In this document: positions 17,480 through 26,724 of the stretch, one piece after another
Position numbering within the stretch: position 1 is the first letter of the stretch
Layout of the letters: every line of letters starts with the position of its first letter
Origin: an uncultured bacterium
GTDB lineage: Bacteria; UBP14; UBA6098
NCBI GenBank assembly: GCA_964459995.1
Contig: CAYWOR010000001.1
Span: 145,328 to 209,327 of the forward strand
DNA: 64,000 bases
Direction of reading: 5' to 3'
The notes under the pieces: generated by a model
What the model was told of the DNA's origin: nothing
What the model saw: the letters and a program-made list of their open reading frames with translations, nothing else
The model's database searches: none
Translations under genes and position numbers: made by a program

Positions 17480-19345
17480 TTATTCTCTAAGTTGGAAAAG
17501 CCCCTCTTCATCGAAGAGAAGCCAATAAGCCTCTCCGGGGAAGAATCTATCGCGAATTCTATAGCTTCCTGATGTTGTGGAACCTGCACGATCGTAATAA
17601 TAGAAAATTCTTCTTCCGATTGCGGTTTCGGGGATTTCGGAGATTGCAGTCGTGTCCGCACCGCCGTATTTTGAAAGCCCGCCGACGAATTCCCATCCGG
17701 GGCCGGCATTCATAAGTGTATACATATGAATCGGAATTCCTGTAACGGAATAGCTCCGTTCGTTGAGGACGAAAACGAAATAGCCCTTGCCCGGGGTCAG
17801 AATATCGGGGGCTATATAGTTGAGTAGGTCGGAATCCCACTCATAAACATACTCGGCACCCGGAAATGCGACATGCGGCGAAAGGCCGTCGTGGGGGATA
17901 ACCGGAAGACTGACAGCATTCCAGCCGGAATAAAGATGATAATATGCCGAGCTGTCGGCATGTTGAACGAGTGCGCGAATGTAATAATTCGTATCGGGCA
18001 CTTCGGTCCACGAGCCGCCGGGGGGAAGGTCCCAACCGTGGCCATACATCGACTGCCTTAGCGAGATTCCAAGCGAATGGTCAAGCTCGATTCCGAGATA
18101 AAAATCGCCGTCGAGAATAATCCGCTCCATTGCGACATTTATGCGCGCCCAGCCGGTGGAATTCAGCAGATAATCCCCGTAGCCGAGGATTTCGTCGCCA
18201 GGTTGACCGCGGTCGTCCAAGTAAATCTTCGGCGAACCGAACCCTGGATTGCTGATGTGGTAATCTATTGCGATGAGCCTACAACGTGTATCGACACGGA
18301 ATTTATTCGCGATAACCGCGCCGGGGTAAGACACCGCGGCCGACGGTGGAATTCCGTCGTCATAAAGCAACGTGTCGTAGATTAGAGTTCCGACGGCGTT
18401 ATATGCTGTTCCTGCGGCTGTATCCGATGGCGGACTGAGGAATGCACCGCTGTCGTATTCCGCGCGGACAGTGTAATAATAAGTGTTTCCAGGGGTAACG
18501 GCATAATCGTCGTAGGTAGTTTCGCTTGCGGGAACAATCGCGAGGGGCGAGAAAATCCCATGGTAGGTGCTGGCGCGATAGATTCTATAGGAATCCGGAC
18601 GTATCATCGAGGTCGCTTCGGTGGGACGCATACTCGGTTCCGGCGATGGATGATAGGAGCGCGAGAAGATTTCCGAAAAACCCGGCTCGTGAGGGATTTC
18701 ATAAACAGTTTTACCCGGTGAAATATACACAGTAGCTCGAGTGCGAGATTCCAAATACAGAACCTCCAGTCGGACGAGAAGATCGCCGGAAAGCTGACGC
18801 CAGCCATACATATAGTGATATTGATAAGACCTCGGCGAGCCGGGCGTTATCGAAGAATCCATTAGAATATACATCTGCGGAAGCGCATCGCCCTTGGAAA
18901 TTCGGACAAACAGCTCGTCATAAACGACGAGACCGGCGTCGCTAACATCGACATTGTTCCAGCCGACTGTAACGGGGGTGTATCTTGTCGGCAGAAGCAC
19001 ATTGCTGTAATCCGGCAGGCCGACATGGTTCACGCCATACATATTGATATTGACCGCACGTGAACCGAGCATAAGGAAAAGGTTGAACTGCACCGAAAGG
19101 ATGCTACACGGCTCGGCGGGGGAGAATTTCACGGCGCACATTCCGCTGTCGAGGTCTATCTCGCGCGAGCCTATGCCGTTATCGTATTTGATTGTGTCCG
19201 AGATGATTATCGGCGGGGGAGGCGTCCATTCGAGTCCGATATGGTCGGTGAAGAACGAATAGGCGACAAGCCCTGAAGGCGCCGGCCATTGTGCCATAAG
19301 GCCAACTGCCGCTAAAAGCATTACGGCGAGACAAATTCTTTTCAT
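17480..19345 (-). CDS. Secreted protein with an Fn3-like domain, 621 aa, unknown function (no T9SS CTD)
   Basis: Signal peptide MKRICLAVMLLAAVGLMAQ and an AGGAG RBS. An Fn3-like segment (YRIYRASTYHGIFSPLAIVPASETTYDDYAVTPGNTYYYTVRA). It starts 7 nt after the dapB stop. Confidence 0.75.
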   Translation of the reverse strand: MKRICLAVMLLAAVGLMAQWPAPSGLVAYSFFTDHIGLEWTPPPPIIISDTIKYDNGIGSREIDLDSGMCAVKFSPAEPCSILSVQFNLFLMLGSRAVNINMYGVNHVGLPDYSNVLLPTRYTPVTVGWNNVDVSDAGLVVYDELFVRISKGDALPQMYILMDSSITPGSPRSYQYHYMYGWRQLSGDLLVRLEVLYLESRTRATVYISPGKTVYEIPHEPGFSEIFSRSYHPSPEPSMRPTEATSMIRPDSYRIYRASTYHGIFSPLAIVPASETTYDDYAVTPGNTYYYTVRAEYDSGAFLSPPSDTAAGTAYNAVGTLIYDTLLYDDGIPPSAAVSYPGAVIANKFRVDTRCRLIAIDYHISNPGFGSPKIYLDDRGQPGDEILGYGDYLLNSTGWARINVAMERIILDGDFYLGIELDHSLGISLRQSMYGHGWDLPPGGSWTEVPDTNYYIRALVQHADSSAYYHLYSGWNAVSLPVIPHDGLSPHVAFPGAEYVYEWDSDLLNYIAPDILTPGKGYFVFVLNERSYSVTGIPIHMYTLMNAGPGWEFVGGLSKYGGADTTAISEIPETAIGRRIFYYYDRAGSTTSGSYRIRDRFFPGEAYWLLFDEEGLFQLRE

Positions 19346-19352
19346 ATTGCTC

Positions 19353-20141
19353 CTACTTTTGGTTAAGTAAATCTTTCATTTGATAAAATCCGATTTTGCC
19401 AAAAATAAATTCCGAGGCATCGAGTGCACCCGCGGCGAAAACCTCGCGCGAAATCGCGCTGTGCTCGATAGTAAGCGTCTCGAAGGGCATCGCGAAAATT
19501 ATCCGATGCTCCCCAACAATACCGCCGCCGCGAACCGCATTTATCCCAATCCGATCCTTTGGTCGGACTCCGGTATGCCCCTCGCGGCAATAAATAATAT
19601 CCCTTCCGAAATCCAGTCCTCTGGTTTCGCAAAGTCCGCGAGCCAAATCCAGAGCGGTTCCGCTGGGTGCGTCCGCCTTGTTCCGGTGATGCGATTCGAT
19701 TATCTCGATATCGGCCTCCGGAATTGCCCGCGCCATTTGTTTAGCAATTTCCGTGCAAAGGGCGATTCCGCGAGAGAAATTTTTCGCGAAGAAAACGCCT
19801 ATCTGTGCGGAGGCGTCGTTTAATTTTCTCAAAAGAGCGTCGTCGAGACCGGTTGTTCCACAGACAATCGAAGCCTTCGTGTCGAGAGCGAGGTCGATCG
19901 CCATTTCTGTTCCGTAAGGACTGCTAAAATCGATTATGACATCGAATTCGGTGCTTGTCTGCGTGACTGGAACCCCAATCTCGCCAATTCCGGCAATAAC
20001 TCCAACATCTGTGCCGATAAGTCCGCATTCCGGTCTGTCGAGTGCCGCCGCAACCGCGAATCTGCTGTCATTGGCGGCCAACGCGACGAGCATTCTGCCC
20101 ATTCGGCCGCAAGCGCCGTTTATGGCGAGACGTATGCTCAA
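19353..20141 (-). CDS. dapB: 4-hydroxy-tetrahydrodipicolinate reductase DapB (TTG start overlapping the dapA stop as TTGA)
   Basis: The track ORF runs in frame back to 20483, inside dapA. The TTG at 20139-20141 gives the consensus N-terminus (M)SIRLAINGACGRMGRMLV and has AAGGAA upstream. The diagnostic motif EIIESHHRNKADAPSGTA is present. Confidence 0.85.
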   Translation of the reverse strand: MSIRLAINGACGRMGRMLVALAANDSRFAVAAALDRPECGLIGTDVGVIAGIGEIGVPVTQTSTEFDVIIDFSSPYGTEMAIDLALDTKASIVCGTTGLDDALLRKLNDASAQIGVFFAKNFSRGIALCTEIAKQMARAIPEADIEIIESHHRNKADAPSGTALDLARGLCETRGLDFGRDIIYCREGHTGVRPKDRIGINAVRGGGIVGEHRIIFAMPFETLTIEHSAISREVFAAGALDASEFIFGKIGFYQMKDLLNQK

Positions 20142-21007
20142 AGGAGGCCGTATTCCTTGAGCGCGATTTCGAGTTTGCCCAAATTCGCAGAGGTCATTGC
20201 GCAGAGCGGTTGGCGGAAGGAGGGCGCGGGAATCATTCCGCAGAGCGACATTGCAGTTTTGAGCGGCACAGGGTTTCCCTCGATAAATAGCGCTTTCATC
20301 AGAGGGAACATCCGAATATGGAGCTTTGCCGCAGAAGAGAAATCCCCATCGAGTGCAAAATTGACCATTTCGGCAAAATCCGCGGGGACGAGATTGGCCG
20401 CTGTGGAAATGACACCCTTCGCGCCGATTGAAATCATCGGTACGGTGAGCGAATCGTCGCCGGAAAGCAAAGTGATTCCGCATCCAGAGATGATCTCGCT
20501 AACTGTATCCAGCGAGCCGGAAGCCTCTTTTATCGCCACAATATTTTTGTGTTCCGAAAGCGCGATAGTCGTGCTCGGTGCGATATTCGAGCCGGTTCTT
20601 CCGGGGACATTGTAAAGAATCGTCGGCAATCCGACATCGGCGATTTCGCGGAAATAGCTAACCATCGCGTGCTGGCTCGGTTTGTTGCCATAGGGCGTGA
20701 TTGCAAGAACACCATCGGCGCCGGCGGTTTTGGCCGCGAGGGTCATTTCGACCGCGGCCTTTGTGGATGGTGCACCTGTGCCGAGAAGAATCGGGTATGA
20801 AAAACCGGTTTCTTCGCGCACGGTATTCAGCATTTCGATTCTTTCGGCATTATCGAGTGTGAAACTCTCGCCGGTGCATCCCGAAAGAAGAATTGCGTCG
20901 GTGCCGGAATCTTTGTGAAGGCGTGCCAAGGACCGCAAAGCCCCGAAATCTACCCGCCCCTTATCATCGAAGGGGGTGATTATCGCTACGGTGGTTCCTT
21001 CGAACAT
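20138..21007 (-). CDS. dapA: 4-hydroxy-tetrahydrodipicolinate synthase DapA (289 aa)
   Basis: TIM-barrel DapA family. The Schiff-base lysine lies in the IVAIKEASG context. GTGESFTL and YNVPGRTG motifs. GGAG RBS. Confidence 0.9.
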   Translation of the reverse strand: MFEGTTVAIITPFDDKGRVDFGALRSLARLHKDSGTDAILLSGCTGESFTLDNAERIEMLNTVREETGFSYPILLGTGAPSTKAAVEMTLAAKTAGADGVLAITPYGNKPSQHAMVSYFREIADVGLPTILYNVPGRTGSNIAPSTTIALSEHKNIVAIKEASGSLDTVSEIISGCGITLLSGDDSLTVPMISIGAKGVISTAANLVPADFAEMVNFALDGDFSSAAKLHIRMFPLMKALFIEGNPVPLKTAMSLCGMIPAPSFRQPLCAMTSANLGKLEIALKEYGLL

Positions 21008-21034
21008 ATCAGCTCCATTTGTTCATATACATTC

Positions 21035-21068
21035 ATATAATAAAGCTATTTGCAACGCATTTGTCAAG
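21035..21068 (-). promoter_or_regulatory. Sigma70-like promoter for dapA-dapB (minus strand: TTGACA-18-TTATTAT)
   Basis: On the minus strand: TTGACAaatgcgttgcaaatagctTTATTAT, about 30 nt upstream of the dapA RBS. Confidence 0.5.
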
Positions 21069-21194
21069 CGCTATCGGGCATGTTATTGTCGGAATAGGCC
21101 ATTACAAAACGAAATATTTAAGAGCACAAGACAAGCGAAAGCATCGCCCGCCATTTTTTTAATCCCGGCATATTTAAAGTTAGACAAAAAAACG

Positions 21195-21223
21195 TTGACT
21201 CGAATTGCTCAGAGGCATATATT
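21195..21223 (+). promoter_or_regulatory. Sigma70-like promoter (TTGACT-17-TATATT) for the BNR-repeat lipoprotein gene
   Basis: TTGACTcgaattgctcagaggcaTATATT. The ATG at 21268 follows with an AAGGAG RBS. It is divergent from the dapA promoter. Confidence 0.6.
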
Positions 21224-21267
21224 GCCTTGTTGATTAGTGTAAAACATGCTCTTAATAAGGAGATGAC

Positions 21268-23283
21268 ATGATTCTAAGCAAAATAAGCCTCAGATTCGCT
21301 TTGATAGGGCTTTTGATGGCGACAATGCTCCTTTTCGTTGGATGCTCCGAAAGCACCGATGAGGATGCCGTAAAAGATAATACCTATTGGACTTTGGTTC
21401 AAGTCGAAGAAATCCAAATGCCCGGTGCTGTGTGGCCTTTGGCTCATGAGCAGGCAATTGTCGGGGCGAACAATGAGCATGTTTATCTTACCAACGACGG
21501 CGGTCTAAGCTGGAGTGTCGTCACAATCAATCCCTCCACCGGCAGAATGGCTTCGGATATATATTTCGCCGGAACCCGTGGAATTATGATTGGTCTTCGG
21601 GGCATGCTTTATACGACCACAAATAACGGTCAGTCTTGGACGAACGCATTCCCGACGGGAGTTCCTGCAGGAGACCTGACGAGAATTATCGCCCCTGCTA
21701 CCGGCGGAAACAACCCTCTATATATCTGCGGAGACGAAGGTATCCTTCTCAAATCTATCGATGGCGGTGCGAACTGGCAGTATATCGATCTTCAAATCGG
21801 TAAGTTCTTCGAGGATTTCCCAATAATCGACTCGGAAACCGGCGAAACGCTTCGCACAGTCGATACAACTCTCTATGTTACGCAGGAAAAACTAAGCTTC
21901 ACAAGCGGATGGGCGCCGAATTCTAATCTCATATATCTTCTCGCCGATACGCTTCAGACAGACAGCGAATTCTATATTCTGCGTTCGGCTTCCGGCGGCG
22001 CGCCCGGAACATGGGACATGCTCGTTATGAATACTCCGGTTAAATGGTTCGATATTTATACCTTCAATGATACGAGCGGAATCATGATAACCAACGGCGA
22101 GGTCGATTATGTTACGATTCGCGACACGATGGTTTCGAGATCGCTCAATGAATACATCCCCGGCGGCGCCGCGCTGAAAAAGATGGTTTTCACAAATAGC
22201 GATATCGGATGGATTATCGGCGCTGGCGGAACTGTTACGAAGAGCACCAACAGCGGCCACGACTGGAGAAAGATCGATGTCGATGTTACAGGTATCATCA
22301 ACGATATCAGTTTCCTGAACACCAATGAAGGTTGGCTTGTCGGCAATGACGTTTCCAGAAATTCTGGTGCGATTAAGCTTACAACCGACGGCGGAGCGAC
22401 ATGGAATTTCAGAAGCTACGGTATCGGCGGGGTTAATCTCAACGCCGTCCATTTCATCTCCTCCCAGCAGGGATGGATTACCGGCAAATCCGGACGTATC
22501 GCCCGCACTACCGACGGCGGAAATACTTGGCTTCATCAGGATGCCAATACTTCGAGATCGTTGCAGGATGTGTATTTCACGAATGCCAACACCGGTTGGG
22601 CGGTGGGATTCTCGGCTTCCTCTGATGTCGATACTTTCGCGACCATTCTTCATACCTCAAATGGCGGCATCACTTGGAATTCGGTCGATAGCCTTTTCGG
22701 ATATAGGCTAAATAATGTTAAAGCCTTGAACCCGACCACTGCAATCGCTGTGGGCAATAACGGCCTAATTCTCAAATCGACCGACTGGAGTGTTCCGAAG
22801 AATTCCGGAGTGGCTTTCGAACTGTTCGGTCTCGATGTTGTCGATGCGAATCTCATATTTGCCTGCGGCCAGGGCGGCACAATTCTCAAATCCACCGATG
22901 GCGGCGAGACATGGAATCAGCTTAATTCTGGAACGAATCAATCGCTATTGTCGATCGATATGGTCGATGCGAATGTTGGTTATGCCTGCGGAAATCTCGG
23001 CACCGTGCTCAAAACCACTAATGGCGGCGTAAATTGGACACTGCTCGAATTGCCGCGGCACAGCTCGAGCGTTTACAAATCCGTCGCTTTCTCCGATTCC
23101 CAGACCGGTTGGATTATCGGGTTCTTCGGCTATATTCTTCACACTGCCGACGGCGGCGAGACATGGTATCGCCAACTCGAAGGTTTCAGCGAGGAAACTT
23201 TGAACGATGTCTTCATACTCGATTCCAACAATGCTTGGATAGTCGGCAACGGCGGAATTCTGCTGGAGCTTGGTAGAAATTAG
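21268..23283 (+). CDS. BNR/Asp-box repeat beta-propeller lipoprotein (Ycf48/sialidase-like), 671 aa
   Basis: Lipoprotein signal MILSKISLRFALIGLLMATMLLFVGCSES. At least 10 Asp-box repeats (TNDGGLSWS, TTNNGQSWT, SIDGGANWQ, KSTNSGHDWR, TTDGGATWN, TTDGGNTWL, TSNGGITWN, STDGGETWN, TTNGGVNWT, TADGGETWY). Confidence 0.85.
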   Translation: MILSKISLRFALIGLLMATMLLFVGCSESTDEDAVKDNTYWTLVQVEEIQMPGAVWPLAHEQAIVGANNEHVYLTNDGGLSWSVVTINPSTGRMASDIYFAGTRGIMIGLRGMLYTTTNNGQSWTNAFPTGVPAGDLTRIIAPATGGNNPLYICGDEGILLKSIDGGANWQYIDLQIGKFFEDFPIIDSETGETLRTVDTTLYVTQEKLSFTSGWAPNSNLIYLLADTLQTDSEFYILRSASGGAPGTWDMLVMNTPVKWFDIYTFNDTSGIMITNGEVDYVTIRDTMVSRSLNEYIPGGAALKKMVFTNSDIGWIIGAGGTVTKSTNSGHDWRKIDVDVTGIINDISFLNTNEGWLVGNDVSRNSGAIKLTTDGGATWNFRSYGIGGVNLNAVHFISSQQGWITGKSGRIARTTDGGNTWLHQDANTSRSLQDVYFTNANTGWAVGFSASSDVDTFATILHTSNGGITWNSVDSLFGYRLNNVKALNPTTAIAVGNNGLILKSTDWSVPKNSGVAFELFGLDVVDANLIFACGQGGTILKSTDGGETWNQLNSGTNQSLLSIDMVDANVGYACGNLGTVLKTTNGGVNWTLLELPRHSSSVYKSVAFSDSQTGWIIGFFGYILHTADGGETWYRQLEGFSEETLNDVFILDSNNAWIVGNGGILLELGRN

Positions 23284-23304
23284 GTTTCACTCAGATAGGT
23301 TTTC

Positions 23305-23336
23305 GAAGCCCCCTTCATTGGGGGCTTTTTTTGTGT
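23305..23336 (+). terminator. Rho-independent terminator (GAAGCCCCCttcattGGGGGCTTTTTTTGTG)
   Basis: 8-bp GC stem, 6-nt loop and a T-tract, 20 nt after the stop of 21268..23283. Confidence 0.9.
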
Positions 23337-23416
23337 TCTATCGCAATTGTTGGGATTGATGAAGCTGGACTGGAAGACTTGAAATGGCTATAGGATGAAA
23401 TTCACTTCGGAGAGAT

Positions 23417-24679
23417 TCATCGTTTCGCCGGTGTTTTCAGCGGCAGAAGGACGAAATAGCCGGAAGCAATCAGTAAAAGTAATGATACGACTGCGCCTCG
23501 ATAGGCGATATTCTCCCCGAGCGGTTCGAGGACAAGAACCACAATTCCCCAGATAAGCGGCCCGACGATTGCGGCGGCCTTGCCGGACAGCGAAAAAAGG
23601 CCGAAAAATCTTCCGACTGCCTCCGGAGGGGCAAGCTCGACCAAAAGCGGACGCGCCGCGGTTGGAACTCCTCCAAGCAATGCGCCAATGAACACGCCGA
23701 GAATATAGAAGGGCAATTCACTCGTAACCGGCAACAGCAGAACAAGGCTAATTATCCATCCCACAAGCACATACGACAAAATACGTTTCGCCGAATATGT
23801 GTCTGTGAGCCTTCCGAAAATCCACGACCCTATCGCCGCACCGATTGTCGAAATGATAAAAAACGGCACCTTCGAGGAATCGGGCATCCCCATCGCCTTC
23901 TGAGAATAAACCGCCATGAAAACGATAGCGGTCTGAATGCCCTCTTGGAATAGAAAATTCGCAAGGAGAAAACGGCGTATTCCGGGATATTTTTTGGAAT
24001 CGCGAAGGGTCTCGATAATCTTCTCGAAGGGGTTTTCCTTTGCGGCCATCGGCTGGGGTTTCGATTTTTCGCGCACCCATATAAAGGTCGGCAACGAAAA
24101 TAAGAAAAAAAGTATCGCGGATGGAACAAAGGTAGCAGATCTTCCACCAGCCGCTATGAAAGGCACATCCCACCCCAGAAGAGTGCCCTCGTTGAAGGGC
24201 ATAACGATGAGCATCCCGAAAATCGCGCCGACATATCCCAGCGCGACTCCGACCCCGCTAACCCATCCCATTTTCCCCGCCGGCGCGATGTCCGGCAGAA
24301 GCGAGTTATAGAACACGAGGCCAAGATGATAGCTGGTATTTGCGACAACGAAAAGTGCGAGCAATAGAAATGCGCTTTGCCCGTGCCCCGCGGCGATGCC
24401 TATCAACGCGGTTGTCGCGCAACAGAGAAAGGTCGCGAAGAATAAAGAGGGTTTCCTTCGCCCGACGATGTCGGTTCGTTGTCCTAGAAGGGGCGAAAGA
24501 AGGACGACCAGAATCATCGATATGCTTGTCGCGAGGCTGTAGTGGAGAGGCTTTTTGCCGAGAGTGTCGATGATGTAAACCGCAAAATAAAGCGAGACGA
24601 CATTCATGGAAAAAATCGTGTCGGCGAAATCGAACATCGCCCACGCGAAAATTCTTCCCTTGGATGTCGGCTGGGTCAT
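23417..24679 (-). CDS. MFS-type transporter (420 aa, about 12 TM)
   Basis: Hydrophobicity pattern of a 12-TM permease. A DxxGRR-like loop (GQRTDIVGRRKP) after TM2. It starts 3 nt after the HD-protein stop, so the two are co-transcribed. Confidence 0.7.
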   Translation of the reverse strand: MTQPTSKGRIFAWAMFDFADTIFSMNVVSLYFAVYIIDTLGKKPLHYSLATSISMILVVLLSPLLGQRTDIVGRRKPSLFFATFLCCATTALIGIAAGHGQSAFLLLALFVVANTSYHLGLVFYNSLLPDIAPAGKMGWVSGVGVALGYVGAIFGMLIVMPFNEGTLLGWDVPFIAAGGRSATFVPSAILFFLFSLPTFIWVREKSKPQPMAAKENPFEKIIETLRDSKKYPGIRRFLLANFLFQEGIQTAIVFMAVYSQKAMGMPDSSKVPFFIISTIGAAIGSWIFGRLTDTYSAKRILSYVLVGWIISLVLLLPVTSELPFYILGVFIGALLGGVPTAARPLLVELAPPEAVGRFFGLFSLSGKAAAIVGPLIWGIVVLVLEPLGENIAYRGAVVSLLLLIASGYFVLLPLKTPAKR

Positions 24680-24682
24680 CGG

Positions 24683-25234
24683 TTAAAGCCCCAGTTCCGA
24701 ATCGATTGACTGCATCGCTTTGAGCGTGATTTCCACGAACTCTTCCAGGTCGATGCCGATTTTGGCGCATTTGCGAATCTGGTCGCGATCGACATTAGCG
24801 GAGAAGCGCTTTTCATCGAAACGGCGCATCAGAAAATCCATGTCGAGCGATTTGAGCTTGCGATCGGGGTGCATCAGCGTTGCCGAGATGACGAGTCCGG
24901 TAAGCCCATCGACCGCGTGAAGCGCCCAATCCATGGGACTTTCCGGCGGACAGGATTCGTGGGCGGGGTGTGCTTTGACCGCGTGGACGATGTCCGGGTC
25001 CACGCCCTCTGCCTCGAGCATTTCTGCGGAAAGATTCCCGTGGCGGGCGAAATCGTGCTCGGTTCGGTCATAATCGAGGTCGTGGAGAAGTCCTGCAAGC
25101 GCCCATTTTTCGGGGTCTTCGTCGAGTCTTAGCGCGAGGGCTTTCATTGCGGCCTCCGCGGCAAGCATATGCTTGATAAGGTTCTTTTTTGCGACATTTT
25201 TCTCGACGAGTGCGAGGGCTTCTTCGCGGGTCAT
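24683..25234 (-). CDS. HD-domain phosphohydrolase (184 aa)
   Basis: Trimmed from the track start at 25276: GGGAGG lies 5 nt before the ATG at 25234, giving an MTREEAL start. HD motif H...HD (KHMLAAEAAMKALA ... AGLLHDLDYDRT). Confidence 0.75.
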   Translation of the reverse strand: MTREEALALVEKNVAKKNLIKHMLAAEAAMKALALRLDEDPEKWALAGLLHDLDYDRTEHDFARHGNLSAEMLEAEGVDPDIVHAVKAHPAHESCPPESPMDWALHAVDGLTGLVISATLMHPDRKLKSLDMDFLMRRFDEKRFSANVDRDQIRKCAKIGIDLEEFVEITLKAMQSIDSELGL

Positions 25235-25330
25235 TTTGCCTCCCGTTTTTCGGATAAGATAGTTGCGCAAGACCACTTTGGCAAGTCAAACTCCCGTTTT
25301 TTGACGGACGAACCATTGGAGTTGCGAAAA

Positions 25331-25410
25331 GGTTGCATCAAATGTATTCAAATAGTGTAAAATTGCATACATTTGCATGCAATTGTATGCAAATAGAATA
25401 CAATTGCATC
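25331..25410. promoter_or_regulatory. Array of five TTGCAT/ATGCAA half-sites including a 24-nt near-perfect palindrome ATTTGCATGCAATTGTATGCAAAT (candidate operator in a divergent intergenic region)
   Basis: TTGCAT at about 25333, 25363, 25373 and 25403, and inverted (ATGCAA) at 25387. Dyad 25371-25394 with 22/24 symmetric positions. It is centred about 137 bp upstream of the HD gene (-) and about 200 bp upstream of the BamB-like gene (+). Confidence 0.5.
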
Positions 25411-25591
25411 AGATAGAATCAAATCTAACAAAAAAAAATGGCGACACTCAAATTCTGCGTCCGCTAATTTCGATTTTCCAACGCCCACTTCAATTTCCCA
25501 TTTCGTTGTGCGGAAAATCGGCGTTCACAAACTGTGGTTTTGAATATATATAGGTTGCGATTCTGGGCAAATAAATTTATTTTAATAAATT

Positions 25592-26710
25592 ATGAAAAAA
25601 CTCATCGCAATATTATTACCGTTGGTTTTCATGGGTTGCGCCGGTGTGATTCGAGTTCCCGAGCCCGATGTCCAAACCGTTCCATGGCCGGTTCCGCGCG
25701 GAGACTGCATGAACTGGGCCTCTGCCGGAAGGGATGAGGGCGGTCTTGTCGAACTATGGCGTATCAAGCTGAAAGTGCCGATTATCGCGACACCGGTAGC
25801 CGGCGACGGCGCTGTGTTCATAGGCACAGGCACGCGCCGTGTGATCGCGGTGAACGCAAACACCGGCAAGCGAATCGGCAAGATGTGGACGGATGTTGCA
25901 GTCGAGGACGGCATGGCCTATTCGGACGGCAGGCTGGTTATCGGTGGCAGAAGCATTTACAACAAGCTGAGATGCTACGATGTTTTTCGAAGCGAGTTTG
26001 TTTGGACGAAGAAGAGCGACAGAGCGGCTTCAGCGCCGGTTGTTTGCGGCGGACGAGTTTTCTATTCGACCGCAAAGGGCGCTCTTTTCGCTCTCGAACT
26101 CGAAACCGGCGAAAGAATATGGCGCAAAGAGCTTAAGGACGCGGTTATCGAGCACGAACCGGCATTTCGTGACAGCTTGCTTTTTGTCGTCGATCAAAAT
26201 GGGATGTTCTATTGCATCGACGCCGATTCGGGCGATGAGGTTTGGTCACTGAAAGTCCCTACGAGCGCTTCAGGGCCGCCTGTGGTAATCCCCGACCATG
26301 TGATTTTGCCGACCCACTCCGGCAGAATTCTCGTTATAACGCTCGACGGCAGAGTTCGAGTCGAGATAGATGCCCCCGGTGAGCTTATCGCGCCGATTTC
26401 CTGTGGAGGCCCTACAGTTTTCGGTGTAACTCGTCGCGGAGTGGCTTTTGCAGGGGATTTGGGCGAGGGCGGAATTTTGTGGCAATCGAATATCGAAGAG
26501 CCATCCCTTTGCGGAACGGTGATTTGGGGCACGGACATTGTAACGATAGGCGCTTCGGGGCGGATTTCGCTCATCGATTACGGCAATGGCGAGATAACAT
26601 CGCAAATCGAAACGAAAGCCTTCATCACCGCAGGGCCGATAATCTACGACTCGAAGCTTTTTGTGGCGACCTCGGAGGGCGAGCTTATCGCCATCGGCAG
26701 AAAAAATTAG
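25592..26710 (+). CDS. PQQ-like beta-propeller repeat lipoprotein (BamB-like), 372 aa
   Basis: Lipoprotein signal MKKLIAILLPLVFMGCAG. Repeated PQQ/BamB-type blades (VFIGTGTRRVIAVNANTGKRIGKMW; VFYSTAKGALFALELETGERIWR; MFYCIDADSGDEVWS; ...). Confidence 0.75.
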   Translation: MKKLIAILLPLVFMGCAGVIRVPEPDVQTVPWPVPRGDCMNWASAGRDEGGLVELWRIKLKVPIIATPVAGDGAVFIGTGTRRVIAVNANTGKRIGKMWTDVAVEDGMAYSDGRLVIGGRSIYNKLRCYDVFRSEFVWTKKSDRAASAPVVCGGRVFYSTAKGALFALELETGERIWRKELKDAVIEHEPAFRDSLLFVVDQNGMFYCIDADSGDEVWSLKVPTSASGPPVVIPDHVILPTHSGRILVITLDGRVRVEIDAPGELIAPISCGGPTVFGVTRRGVAFAGDLGEGGILWQSNIEEPSLCGTVIWGTDIVTIGASGRISLIDYGNGEITSQIETKAFITAGPIIYDSKLFVATSEGELIAIGRKN

Positions 26711-26724
26711 AACGGAGTTATAAA

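Noticed and set aside
25277-25591. Small ORF 25534..25737 (67 aa) and other short ORFs in the HD / BamB-like intergenic region
   Set aside because: It overlaps the start of the BamB-like lipoprotein gene and has no RBS. The region is better explained as regulatory DNA (the TTGCAT array).
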